Virus record (IMG/VR): IMGVR_UViG_3300031415_000001
DNA length: 64,000 bases
Direction: 5' to 3' (one strand)
DNA from: a virus
Part shown: positions 16,619 to 25,894 of the stretch, piece by piece
Layout: each line of letters opens with the position of its first letter
Numbering within the stretch: position 1 is the first letter of the stretch
Position numbers and translations under genes: made by a program
Notes under the pieces: generated by a model
Database searches by the model: none
Told to the model about the DNA's origin: nothing
What the model saw: the letters and a program-made list of their open reading frames with translations, nothing else

Positions 16619-17347
16619 ATGGCTATTGAATACCGGGATCTCAGTAAGTTCCAATACAGTGACCAGTATTCAAGTCGTGTGATTCAGAAAAACCCACACA
16701 GGATCCCCTATAAGGGGGGTCTTGTGCCTGAATCTCTGACTTTTGGATCTGTCATTGCAGGTAAGCAAGGCCGAGCCATGAATGTCGCGCTGATTAACGA
16801 AGGCTTCCGTGATCTGCCAATCCGAGATATCAAGGTCACATCTGATTTCGTGATGACAACAGATTGCCCGGTAGGTGGTGTTCTGGGTGAAGGTAAGACC
16901 TGCAATATTGTGGTCAACTTTGCTCCCACTTCTACTGGATCCAAACAGGGTGGAATCTACGTTGATACCGGTGATGCACGGGGTGATGAGTTCGTTTCCC
17001 TGTCTGGTTATGGCGTAGCAAATAACGTGGGCAGTCTGGCAACATCTGTGGATAAGCTGGACTTCTCATACGTCGCTGTTGGTGGCAGTGCAACACAATC
17101 CGTGAGCATTACTAACAATGGGTCACAGCCTCTGGTTATCAGTCAAATCAGTGCCACTGGTGATTTCAAAGTTAAGAACGGGCCAACGATGCCAGCCACA
17201 CTTGCAGCAAACAGCTCAGTCAGCATGGACGTAGTGTTCACGCCTTCTACCGCAGAAGATAAGTCAGGAACTCTGACATTCCAGCACAACGGAATTGGTC
17301 AATATTCCATCCTTCTCTCTGGTTCAGGAAAGGTTGTAACCCCTTAG
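16619..17347 (+). CDS. tandem Ig-like (ASH / choice-of-anchor-D-like) domain protein, probably a virion accessory or decoration protein
   Basis: Start trimmed to MAIEYRDL. Two repeats of the pattern F(G/S)xVxxGxxxxxxVxLxNxGxxxLxI...C...VxFxPT. Confidence 0.7.
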   Translation: MAIEYRDLSKFQYSDQYSSRVIQKNPHRIPYKGGLVPESLTFGSVIAGKQGRAMNVALINEGFRDLPIRDIKVTSDFVMTTDCPVGGVLGEGKTCNIVVNFAPTSTGSKQGGIYVDTGDARGDEFVSLSGYGVANNVGSLATSVDKLDFSYVAVGGSATQSVSITNNGSQPLVISQISATGDFKVKNGPTMPATLAANSSVSMDVVFTPSTAEDKSGTLTFQHNGIGQYSILLSGSGKVVTP

Positions 17348-17418
17348 AGGACTATTCTTCCTTTTCATGGGATCAATAGTAACTTAAACTGGGAAAGTTC
17401 TGAGTGAGTACGCTAACA

Positions 17419-17448
17419 GGAGAATCAGACGCTGATTCTCCTTTTTTT
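17419..17448 (+). terminator. intrinsic terminator
   Basis: GGAGAATCAG-ACG-CTGATTCTCC followed by TTTTTTT. Confidence 0.85.
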
Positions 17449-17475
17449 CGATCTTTAAACAGGGTGATGTGAGCC

Positions 17476-17811
17476 ATGTCAGATAACACACAGTTGCATG
17501 TACAAATGGCGAAACTTGAGGAACGTCTTCTGATTATTTCCGAGGGACTCGTCCAAGATCGAGAGTCTCGAAAGCATCAGTCCGAACGTTCTGAAGCTAT
17601 GAATCAAGTGGTTATGTCTATTGATAACCGTGTCCGAACCGTGGAGGAAAGTCTGGCAAGAAATGCTCCTACCATTGAAGAGTTCATTACCATCAAGCAT
17701 CGGGTAGTTGGTGCAGGTATCATGGGTCGATGGGTATGGGTCATTGTTGGTGGTCTTCTTACGTTTCTCTTTACCATGCGCATGGAGATTTTAAGATGGC
17801 TTTCAAAGTGA
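17476..17811 (+). CDS. coiled-coil protein with one C-terminal TM helix (DUF1515-like); holin or antiholin candidate
   Basis: C-terminal GRWVWVIVGGLLTFLF. First gene of the lysis cassette. Confidence 0.55.
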   Translation: MSDNTQLHVQMAKLEERLLIISEGLVQDRESRKHQSERSEAMNQVVMSIDNRVRTVEESLARNAPTIEEFITIKHRVVGAGIMGRWVWVIVGGLLTFLFTMRMEILRWLSK

Positions 17812-18035
17812 TTGATAATTGGCGTAAAGCACACAAGTTTGCTTCTATCTGGTGGTGTGCAGCAGGTGCTATTGCAATGCTGTTAGAGATCCTCAACAAC
17901 ACTTGGTTCAGTCTGCCAAGAGAGATTCAAGAGAAACTGCCTAACGCTCAATATGTCAGTCTTGCAATGTTCGTTGCCATTGCTCTTGCTCGCATTATTC
18001 GTTGGGTAAGACCGGAGGAAAAAGATGGCAATTAG
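17796..18035 (+). CDS. two-TM small membrane protein; holin candidate
   Basis: Start MAFKVIDNW (GGAGA 7 nt upstream). Two hydrophobic helices. Overlaps the endolysin start. Confidence 0.6.
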   Translation: MAFKVIDNWRKAHKFASIWWCAAGAIAMLLEILNNTWFSLPREIQEKLPNAQYVSLAMFVAIALARIIRWVRPEEKDGN

Positions 18036-18636
18036 TACAACCAAGAAAGTTGGCATTACTGGTGGTATCGGTACTGTAGCTGCTGCGATCATTGCAGCAA
18101 TTTTTAGTGTCGAAGGAGGTTACTCTAATGATCCAAAGGATCCGGGTGGTGAAACCAATCATGGGGTTACTAAAACCGTTGCAGTACAGAACGGCTATAC
18201 CGGAGCAATGAAAGATCTAACACAGGAAATGGCATCTTCAATCTACTATAAAGACTATATCGAAAAACCCGGCTTTGTTCCTATGCTGACCATCTCCCCG
18301 GTTGTTACTCAGAAACTGGTAGATGCAGGCGTAAACACTGGAACAGCACGCCCTTCTCGTTGGTTCCAGCTATCGCTGAACAGCCTCAACCGAGGTGGCA
18401 AAGACTACCCTCAAATTAATGTTGATGGTAAAGTTGGTGCAGGAACAATTCGAGCATACCAGTCTCTTCAAAAAGTTCGTGGCAGGGTGAAAGCCTGTGA
18501 ATTGATGATTAAAACCCTCGATGCTCAGCAGACAACCTATTACATGAGCTTGACCAATTTGCCTCAGTACACAGTTGGTTGGCTGGATAACCGGATTGGT
18601 AATGTACCAATCAGTCGTTGCCAAGAGGAAAAGTAA
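18025..18636 (+). CDS. endolysin, GH108 N-acetylmuramidase with a PG_binding_3 domain (N4 gp61-like) and a SAR-like N-terminus
   Basis: EGGYSNDPKDPGGETNHGVT signature. N-terminal Gly/Ala-rich weakly hydrophobic segment GITGGIGTVAAAIIAAIF. Confidence 0.85.
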   Translation: MAISTTKKVGITGGIGTVAAAIIAAIFSVEGGYSNDPKDPGGETNHGVTKTVAVQNGYTGAMKDLTQEMASSIYYKDYIEKPGFVPMLTISPVVTQKLVDAGVNTGTARPSRWFQLSLNSLNRGGKDYPQINVDGKVGAGTIRAYQSLQKVRGRVKACELMIKTLDAQQTTYYMSLTNLPQYTVGWLDNRIGNVPISRCQEEK

Positions 18637-18640
18637 TACT

Positions 18641-19201
18641 ATGGGCCTGAGCAATTCTGTTCGAAACGCAATACTGGCCCTGTTCCTTCTTCTGGTTCTA
18701 TTTGGTGAATATAAACTGTGGTCTGCTGGTGTAGACCACGGTTCTGATGCAGTCACTAAACTCTGGAACCAAGACAAAGAGAAACAGGCTAAGGCTCTGC
18801 AAGATGCACAGGATAAGAATGCCTTGCTGGAAGCAGACAATCGCACACTGTCCGAGAAACTTACTCATGAACTGGCTGAACAAAACACTGCTCATCAAGT
18901 CGAGCTTGCTCGCGTTAAGTCTGACTACAATAGTCGCCTGCTCCAGTCAGAAAAAAGAGCCGGTGTATATAAACGAATGTCCGAAGCTGGATCCACTGAG
19001 TGTGGAAATCTCGCAAGCCATGCAGCCGAACTCGACAGATCTCTTGAGCAGGGCAGATCTCTGGTACGAGAACTCCGGGAAACTCTTAGATTCCGTGACG
19101 AGCAACTGAAGTCGGTAAGTGCTAAATTACTCGCTGACAGAAAACTATTAACTAATTCGGATGATGCAGATGGAAGACAAAATTCTACCTCGCACAAGTG
19201 A
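18641..19201 (+). CDS. i-spanin (Rz-like)
   Basis: Start trimmed to MGLSNSV. N-terminal TM helix followed by a long coiled coil. Directly follows the endolysin. Confidence 0.75.
   Translation: MGLSNSVRNAILALFLLLVLFGEYKLWSAGVDHGSDAVTKLWNQDKEKQAKALQDAQDKNALLEADNRTLSEKLTHELAEQNTAHQVELARVKSDYNSRLLQSEKRAGVYKRMSEAGSTECGNLASHAAELDRSLEQGRSLVRELRETLRFRDEQLKSVSAKLLADRKLLTNSDDADGRQNSTSHK
18867..19109 (+). CDS. o-spanin (Rz1-like lipoprotein) embedded in the +1 frame of the i-spanin gene
   Basis: [25 protein letters not shown]|SSQ has a lipobox. Pro-rich mature part. Lies wholly inside 18641-19201. Confidence 0.7.
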   Translation: MNWLNKTLLIKSSLLALSLTTIVACSSQKKEPVYINECPKLDPLSVEISQAMQPNSTDLLSRADLWYENSGKLLDSVTSN

Positions 19202-21470
19202 AGAGGCGGCAACTAAACTGACCGACTGGGCTAATGAGCCAAGTCTTCGTCAGTTGAAAGTTGATTATGACCAGTCTAAGCCTGCTCACGATGCACAGGT
19301 TGGTAAGATCAATCACTGGAAAGATCTTATGGAGGTGAAGGGTAAAGAACGTCCTCCGAAAGTTAAAGGGCGATCATCCGTTCAGCCGAAGTTAATTCGT
19401 CGTCAGGCAGAGTGGCGTTATTCAGCATTGACCGAACCTTTCCTTGGCTCAAACAAACTGTTCAAAGTCAGTCCGGTAACGTATGAAGATGCCGAAGCTG
19501 CCAAGCAAAATGAACTGGTACTTAACTGGCAGTTCAGAACCAAACTGAACAAGGTCAGCCTGATTGACACCTATGTTCGTGCCACTGTTGATGAAGGCAC
19601 CAGCATTACTCGTCTGGGCTGGAAACGTGTGACTGTTAAAGTCCCACAAGAAGTGCCGGTATACACCTATTACAACGTTGCAAGTCAGGAAGAATTGCAA
19701 AGTTTGCAACAGGCTATTGAGCTTCAAATGTCCAATCCTCGTATGTATAACGAGACAACACCTGAAGAGATTAAGGCTGCTGTTGAGTATTACCACGAGA
19801 ATGGTGTACCGGTTACTGCTCAACAGACTGGCACTGAAACAGAGATGGTTGATCAGGTTCTGGAAAACCGTCCGACTGTCGAAGTGGTCAACCCGGAAAA
19901 CGTTTACATCGATCCAAGCTGTAATGGTGATATGGACAGGGCTATGTTCATTGTCGTTTCTTTTGAGACTAACCAAGCTGAACTGAAAAAAGAGCCTGAC
20001 CGTTACAAGAATCTGGACAAAGTAGACTGGCAGGGTAATGGCCCAGCCACTAAACCGGATCATGCGACTACTACCCCTCAGACTTTTGAAATGGGTGATG
20101 ACCTTCGCCGTAAAGTTGTAGCCTATGAGTACTGGGGCTTTTACGACATTGATGGTGATGGTCGTCTGCAACCTATCGTTGCAACGTGGATTGGTGACAC
20201 GGTTATCCGTATGGAACGTAACCCGTTCCCGGATGAAAAACTTCCCTTTGTTCTGGTTCCATATTTGCCGGTAAAACGTGACCTGTATGGTGAGCCAGAT
20301 GCAGAATTGCTGGAAGATAACCAGAAGATTCTGGGTGCTCTGACTCGTGGCATGATTGACCTGATGGGCCGATCTGCAAACAGTCAGCGTGGATTTGCTA
20401 AGGGTATGCTCGATCCTCTGAACCGTCGTCGTTATGAGAATGGTGAAGACTACGATTACAACCCGGCTACCAATCCACAACAGCAGATCATTGAGCATAA
20501 ATATCCTGAGCTTCCACAGTCAGCCATGCTCATGCTGAACTTGCAGAACAATGAAGCCGAAGCACTTACTGGTGTGAAAGCATTCTCAGGTGGTGTATCT
20601 GGTGATGCATACGGTGACGTTGCTGCCGGTATTCGTGGAGCACTGGACGCAGCATCAAAACGTGAAATGGCTATTCTTCGTCGTCTTGCCAAAGGCATGA
20701 CTGAGATCGGAACTAAGATCATTGCAATGAATGCAGTGTTCCTGTCCGAAGAAGAAGTGGTACGTATCACGAATGAGCAATTCATTACGGTTAAACGTGA
20801 AGACCTGAAAGGTAACTTCGATCTGGAAGTGGACATTGCCACTGCTGAGGTTGATAACCAGAAGTCTCAGGACTTGGCCTTTATGCTTCAGACTCTTGGC
20901 CCGAACATGGATCCTTCAATCAATATGATGATCCTGTCCGAGATTGCGACTCTGAAACGTATGCCTGAATTGGCTCATAAGCTGGCTACTTGGAAACCAA
21001 CTCCAGACCCAATGGCTGAAATGCTTAAACAGCTTGAGGTTCAGAATAAGCAGCTTGAGAACCAAGAACTGCAATCCAGTATTGAACTTAATGCTGCCAA
21101 AACTAAGCTGGCATACGCACAAGCAGATACTGCTAATCTCGACTTTGTTGAGACTGAAACAGGTACTAAACATGCTCGTGAAATGGAACGCCAACAAGCA
21201 CAGGCACAAGGCAACCAGAACCTTGAGATTACCAAGGCTCTGCTGAAAAGTCGTAAGCTGCCAAACGGCACTGAGACTAAGCCGGATATTCCTGCTGCAT
21301 TTGGGTTCAACCAACTTAGTGATAACTTGAATAACGCTGGACAAGCAATGGTTCCAGACTCTACTATTCAACGAGATAATTTGTCGGCAGTAAATCCGTC
21401 ATTATCATTGGGTTCCAAGCATTTTGACCCTGCTCAGGATCCATCCCTTAATCCGAACTTAAATATGTAG
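19161..21470 (+). CDS. portal protein (N4 gp59-like)
   Basis: 769 aa. Size and position (between the lysis cassette and the scaffold/capsid genes) match the N4 portal. Confidence 0.8.
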   Translation: MMQMEDKILPRTSEEAATKLTDWANEPSLRQLKVDYDQSKPAHDAQVGKINHWKDLMEVKGKERPPKVKGRSSVQPKLIRRQAEWRYSALTEPFLGSNKLFKVSPVTYEDAEAAKQNELVLNWQFRTKLNKVSLIDTYVRATVDEGTSITRLGWKRVTVKVPQEVPVYTYYNVASQEELQSLQQAIELQMSNPRMYNETTPEEIKAAVEYYHENGVPVTAQQTGTETEMVDQVLENRPTVEVVNPENVYIDPSCNGDMDRAMFIVVSFETNQAELKKEPDRYKNLDKVDWQGNGPATKPDHATTTPQTFEMGDDLRRKVVAYEYWGFYDIDGDGRLQPIVATWIGDTVIRMERNPFPDEKLPFVLVPYLPVKRDLYGEPDAELLEDNQKILGALTRGMIDLMGRSANSQRGFAKGMLDPLNRRRYENGEDYDYNPATNPQQQIIEHKYPELPQSAMLMLNLQNNEAEALTGVKAFSGGVSGDAYGDVAAGIRGALDAASKREMAILRRLAKGMTEIGTKIIAMNAVFLSEEEVVRITNEQFITVKREDLKGNFDLEVDIATAEVDNQKSQDLAFMLQTLGPNMDPSINMMILSEIATLKRMPELAHKLATWKPTPDPMAEMLKQLEVQNKQLENQELQSSIELNAAKTKLAYAQADTANLDFVETETGTKHAREMERQQAQAQGNQNLEITKALLKSRKLPNGTETKPDIPAAFGFNQLSDNLNNAGQAMVPDSTIQRDNLSAVNPSLSLGSKHFDPAQDPSLNPNLNM

Positions 21471-21477
21471 GTAACTC

Positions 21478-21810
21478 ATGTCTGAAGTAATGGCTCTTGA
21501 ACAGCAATTGAACAAGTCTAAAGACCTCGTTGCACTGCGAGATTTAGCCCTCAACCTGTCGAAGAACCCAGATTTCAAAAAACTGATTCTGGAAGAGTTC
21601 TGCGTCAAAGAGTGTGCTCGCTATGCTCAAACTTCTGCTGACCCTTCACTGGGTGCTGTAGAACGTGCAGATGCTCTGGCCTTGGCTCAGGCTGCTGGTC
21701 ATCTTAAACGTTGGCTGTCTGTGACAGTTCGTATGGGTGATGTGGCTGAATCTGACCAGCCTAATCTGGAAGAACAAATTGAAATCGCACGACAAGAGGC
21801 GGGTGAATAA
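21478..21810 (+). CDS. hypothetical head-module protein (N4 gp58 position)
   Basis: 110-aa ORF between the portal and scaffold-like genes. Confidence 0.7.
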   Translation: MSEVMALEQQLNKSKDLVALRDLALNLSKNPDFKKLILEEFCVKECARYAQTSADPSLGAVERADALALAQAAGHLKRWLSVTVRMGDVAESDQPNLEEQIEIARQEAGE

Positions 21811-23069
21811 TGACTACTCCGACTGAGAAGAACACTCAGTCGGACAACCCATTGGGCATGTCCGACGAAGAGATTATGAATATGAACTCACCTTCTGAGC
21901 TTGTTAATAAGCCAGAAGGTGAAGTTGCTACCCCTCCAGTTGAAGAACAAACTCCTCCAGAAGAAGAACAAGGTGACGCCAATAAGCCTTCAACTGAACA
22001 GAACGAAGAAGTAGAAACTTCTTCTACTGGTAATGTTGAAGAAAATGGCGATAATAAGCAGAAGGAAACTCCGGTCAATACCGAGAGTGGAAAACCTGCT
22101 GAAGCTCCAAGTGATTCTGCTACCAAATCGACGGATGGGGATAAGCCGAGCACCGAGCAAGCTGACGGTAAGGCGAAACCGGATAACGGTGAAAAGCCTA
22201 CGTCAGAGGATGCAAACACCTCAGTTGACTATAAAGCGTTTTACGAAACAGTTATGAAGCCTATTAAGGCTAATGGTCGTACCTTGGATATTAAAAATCC
22301 AGAGGAAGCCATTAAGCTGATGCAGATGGGCGCTAACTATACCCGTAAGATGCAAGACTTAGCTCCGCATCGAAAAGTCATTATGATGCTGGAAAATAAC
22401 GGTCTGCTGGACTCCGACAAGCTCTCCTTCCTTATTGATGTAGAGAAGAAGAACCCGGATGCCATTAAAAAGCTGATTCGTGATTCTGGTATCGATCCAA
22501 TGGACTTCGATCCGAACGAGCAATTGAAGTATCAAGTAGGCAATCACACCGTTAGCGATGAAGAAGCGAATTTCCGTACTGTACTGGACGATTTAAAATC
22601 TACTCCAGAAGGTCTGGAAACCCTTCAAGCCATCAATGGATCGTGGGATCAAGCCAGTAAAGAGCATGTGTACACTAACCCGGATGTTATTTCAGTAATC
22701 CATGAGCAGCGTGCTAACGGCATTTATGACCGTATCGCTGGTGAAGTGGAACGCCAGAAAGCTCTGGGTAATGTGCCTTCACATGTTAGTTTTTTGCAGG
22801 CTTATAAAGCAGTCGGAGATGTGATGCAGCAGAACGGTGCTTTTGCTGATCTGATTGCTAAACCTGCTGTTGCAACGAATCCGGCTAAAACCGATTCGCG
22901 TCAGCCCATTGAAACCAAAGCTGCTGCTCCTAAGCCGCAGGTTAAAAACAGTGACAAGGCTGCTGCTGCTGCTTCCAGTCGCACAACCTCAACACAGAAA
23001 GCATCACAGACTAAGAACCCGCTGGAACTCAGCGACGAAGAGTTTATGAAGCAGTTCCAAAATCGCTAA
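21810..23069 (+). CDS. scaffold-like protein (N4 gp57 position)
   Basis: 419 aa. The N-terminal ~140 aa are highly acidic, E/P/T/K-rich and low in complexity. Immediately upstream of the capsid gene. Confidence 0.65.
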   Translation: MTTPTEKNTQSDNPLGMSDEEIMNMNSPSELVNKPEGEVATPPVEEQTPPEEEQGDANKPSTEQNEEVETSSTGNVEENGDNKQKETPVNTESGKPAEAPSDSATKSTDGDKPSTEQADGKAKPDNGEKPTSEDANTSVDYKAFYETVMKPIKANGRTLDIKNPEEAIKLMQMGANYTRKMQDLAPHRKVIMMLENNGLLDSDKLSFLIDVEKKNPDAIKKLIRDSGIDPMDFDPNEQLKYQVGNHTVSDEEANFRTVLDDLKSTPEGLETLQAINGSWDQASKEHVYTNPDVISVIHEQRANGIYDRIAGEVERQKALGNVPSHVSFLQAYKAVGDVMQQNGAFADLIAKPAVATNPAKTDSRQPIETKAAAPKPQVKNSDKAAAAASSRTTSTQKASQTKNPLELSDEEFMKQFQNR

Positions 23070-23086
23070 GGTAAGGAAAACGCTAA

Positions 23087-24316
23087 ATGTTGAACTATAA
23101 CGCCCCTATTGATGGCAACAAATCTACCATCGACGGTGACGGCTCTGACCAGATGAATACCTTCTTCTGGCTCAAGAAGGCAATCATCACTGCTCGTAAA
23201 GAGCAATTCTTCATGCCGTTGGCGAACGTTACCAACATGCCGAAGAACTACGGTAAAACCATCCGTGTGTACGAATATGTGCCACTGCTGGATGACCGTA
23301 ACATTAACGATCAGGGTATTGACGCTTCTGGTGTAACCATTGCGAACGGGAACCTGTATGGCTCCAGTAAAGACATTGGTACTATCACCAACAAGCTGCC
23401 AACTCTGACCGAGAATGGTGGTCGTGTTAACCGTGTTGGATTCACCCGTATTCGTCGTGAAGGTTCTATTCACAAGTTCGGTTTCTTCCACGAGTTCACT
23501 CAGGAGTCTATGGACTTCGATTCTGATGACACTCTGATGGACAACCTGAGCCGTGAACTGATGAACGGTGCTGTTCAGCTTACTGAAGCTGTCCTGCAAC
23601 GTGACCTTCTGGCTGCTGCTGGTGTTGTTCTGTTTGCTGGTGCTGCAACCTCTGATGCAACTGTAACTGGTGAAGTTACCGCTGCTTCTGGTTCTAACCC
23701 AGAAATCCCAGCCTCACTGGTTAGCTATCGTAACCTGATGCGTCTGGATCAGATTCTGACCGACAACCGTACTCCTACGTCTACCACCATCATCACTGGT
23801 TCTCGTCTGATCGATACCAAAGTGATTGGTGCTACCCGTGTGATGTATGTTGGTTCTGAACTGGTTCCACTGCTGAAAGGCATGACCGACCTGTTCGGCA
23901 ATAAAGCCTTCATCGAAATTCAGCACTACGCTGATGCAGGTACTGTACTGAACGGTGAAATCGGTTCTATCGACAAGTTCCGTGTTATCCAAGTGCCAGA
24001 AATGCTGCACTGGGCTGGCGCAGGTGCTGCCGTGACTGATAATCCGGGCTACCGTACCTCTACCGTCAATGGTGTTGAGCACTACGACGTGTATCCGATG
24101 CTGGTTATCGGTGATGACTCGTTCACCACTATTGGTTTCCAGACCAATGGTAAGACCGTGAACTTCACTGTCATGACCAAAATGCCGGGTCTGCAAACTG
24201 CTGACCGTAACGATCCATATGGTGAAACTGGTTTCAGTTCTATCAAGTGGTACTACGGCATCCTGATCAAACGCTCTGAGCGTATTGGTCTGATCAAGAC
24301 TGTTGCACCAGTCTAA
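23087..24316 (+). CDS. major capsid protein (N4 gp56-like)
   Basis: 409 aa with a strong RBS (AAGGAAAA), followed by a strong terminator. Position and size match N4 gp56. Confidence 0.85.
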   Translation: MLNYNAPIDGNKSTIDGDGSDQMNTFFWLKKAIITARKEQFFMPLANVTNMPKNYGKTIRVYEYVPLLDDRNINDQGIDASGVTIANGNLYGSSKDIGTITNKLPTLTENGGRVNRVGFTRIRREGSIHKFGFFHEFTQESMDFDSDDTLMDNLSRELMNGAVQLTEAVLQRDLLAAAGVVLFAGAATSDATVTGEVTAASGSNPEIPASLVSYRNLMRLDQILTDNRTPTSTTIITGSRLIDTKVIGATRVMYVGSELVPLLKGMTDLFGNKAFIEIQHYADAGTVLNGEIGSIDKFRVIQVPEMLHWAGAGAAVTDNPGYRTSTVNGVEHYDVYPMLVIGDDSFTTIGFQTNGKTVNFTVMTKMPGLQTADRNDPYGETGFSSIKWYYGILIKRSERIGLIKTVAPV

Positions 24317-24323
24317 GTAATGT

Positions 24324-24349
24324 GGGAGGCTTCGGCCTCCCCTATTTTT
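24324..24349 (+). terminator. intrinsic terminator after the capsid gene
   Basis: GGGAGGC-TTCG-GCCTCCC followed by CTATTTTT. Confidence 0.8.
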
Positions 24350-24371
24350 GAACCAAGTAAAGGACAAGCCA

Positions 24372-24974
24372 ATGAGCACCCTCGAAAACCAGAATACCGG
24401 TGAGAACACAGAAGTAACTGAACAAGATGAACGCCAAGCACTGATGGCTCGTGCTCGTATCATGGGTATTGATTTCAGTAATAACATCGGCACTGATACT
24501 CTTCGTGAGCGCATCAATGCAAAGATGGAAGGCACAACTGCACCAACTGAAGAAGCTCAACCAAATCCTCTTGCTGGTTCGGCTGCTCCGGTGAAGAAAC
24601 GTACCCTTCGCCAGATTCAGCATGACGAGCAAATGAAACTGGTACGTCTTCGTATCCAGAATCTTGATCCAAAGAAAAAGGATCTGCCGGGTGAAATCTT
24701 TACTGTTGCCAATGAATACCTTGGTACTGTGAAGAAGTTTGTCCCTTACGGTGAAGTAACTGAAGAAGGCTACCATGTGCCTTACTGCATTTACCGTATG
24801 TTGGATGCACGTAAGTTCCTCAATATCCGTACAGTGAAAGATCGCCGTACTGGAATTGAACGTGTAGAATCAACTTGGGCAAAAGAGTTTGCACTCGAAG
24901 TTCTACCTCAGCTTACAGCCACTGAAATTGCTGAACTGGCAAATGCCCAGAAAGCAGCGGGCAGTTTTAACTGA
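24372..24974 (+). CDS. virion/head-associated protein (N4 gp55 position) with an HeH/Rho_N-like N-terminal motif
   Basis: Start trimmed to MSTLENQ (AAGGAC upstream). LMARARIMGIDFSNNIGTDTLRERI is a helix-extension-helix-like motif. Confidence 0.65.
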   Translation: MSTLENQNTGENTEVTEQDERQALMARARIMGIDFSNNIGTDTLRERINAKMEGTTAPTEEAQPNPLAGSAAPVKKRTLRQIQHDEQMKLVRLRIQNLDPKKKDLPGEIFTVANEYLGTVKKFVPYGEVTEEGYHVPYCIYRMLDARKFLNIRTVKDRRTGIERVESTWAKEFALEVLPQLTATEIAELANAQKAAGSFN

Positions 24975-24991
24975 GCATAATCGAAAAAATA

Positions 24992-25018
24992 ACGCCCCTT
25001 AATTGGGGCGTTTTTGTT
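24992..25018 (+). terminator. intrinsic terminator
   Basis: ACGCCCC-TTAATT-GGGGCGT followed by TTTTGTTT. Confidence 0.8.
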
Positions 25019-25030
25019 TAGGATGCGTGA

Positions 25031-25891
25031 ATGAGCACATACAATATCGAAAACGAAGCGAATAGCGTATTTGCCGCACTGATGCAGGGAATTGATTTTG
25101 ACATTCCTGATATTGACCTCAGTGGCCCAGAATACGAGATTCCCGGTGGTTCTGATTCAGCAATGTATCAGCAGCCAACGAAGCTGACTGGTGATGATCT
25201 GGTAGGCACATTCAACACTATGATGGGTGCGATGAAAGCTCTGCTTCAGAAAGAGTTTGAGATGAGTCGTATCACAGGTGCTGAATATACCAAGGCGTAT
25301 GTGGCTCTGGTATCCAGTACGCTGGGTAACTCTACTCAGTTCTTACTGGGTCGTGATCAGGCTTACTGGCAGGCTGTTACTGCTCAGATTGCTGCCGTTA
25401 CTGCCAAGGTTACATTGCAGACTTCTAAAGTTCAGCTTGCTGCTGTCCAGTTGGAAGCTCAGACCTCTGCTGCTAACTTTGCTCTGACCAAAGCTAAACT
25501 GGCTACCGAGTCTGTTAACTACGGCATTGCAGGATATAATCTGGCTACGATTCTTCCGGCTCAGTATGCGAAAGTGCAGGTTGAAACCACACTGACTACT
25601 CACCAGATGAAACTGGTTGATGAACAGGCTGAGACTGCTCGTGCTCAGACTCTGGATAGTCGTTCAGATGGTCAGGCTGTTTCTGGTTCTGTGGGTAAAC
25701 AGAAATCTCTGTACGATCAGCAGATCACCAGTTACAAACGTCAGGCAGAAGTGAATGCTGCGAAGCTGTTTACTGATGCATGGATTACGCAGAAAACCAT
25801 TGATGAAGGTCTGACCGCTCCAAGCAACTTCGCCAATGATTCTGTAAACAATATTTTGGGCACGTTGAAAGCCAATAACAGTCTGGGATAA
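25031..25891 (+). CDS. virion structural protein (N4 gp54 position)
   Basis: 286-aa ORF, A/Q/T-rich and helical. Confidence 0.7.
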   Translation: MSTYNIENEANSVFAALMQGIDFDIPDIDLSGPEYEIPGGSDSAMYQQPTKLTGDDLVGTFNTMMGAMKALLQKEFEMSRITGAEYTKAYVALVSSTLGNSTQFLLGRDQAYWQAVTAQIAAVTAKVTLQTSKVQLAAVQLEAQTSAANFALTKAKLATESVNYGIAGYNLATILPAQYAKVQVETTLTTHQMKLVDEQAETARAQTLDSRSDGQAVSGSVGKQKSLYDQQITSYKRQAEVNAAKLFTDAWITQKTIDEGLTAPSNFANDSVNNILGTLKANNSLG

Positions 25892-25894
25892 GAG

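Noticed and set aside
19449-20498. 349-aa ORF antisense to the portal gene. Similar long antisense ORFs occur at 23066-23599, 23714-24535, 25664-26299, 42021-43016, 46645-47478, 48445-49206, 55611-56426 and 62388-63122.
   Set aside because: Each lies entirely inside a well-supported gene on the opposite strand. They have no RBS and odd composition (Ser/Leu/Arg/Cys-rich). They are typical shadow frames produced by the codon bias of the real gene.
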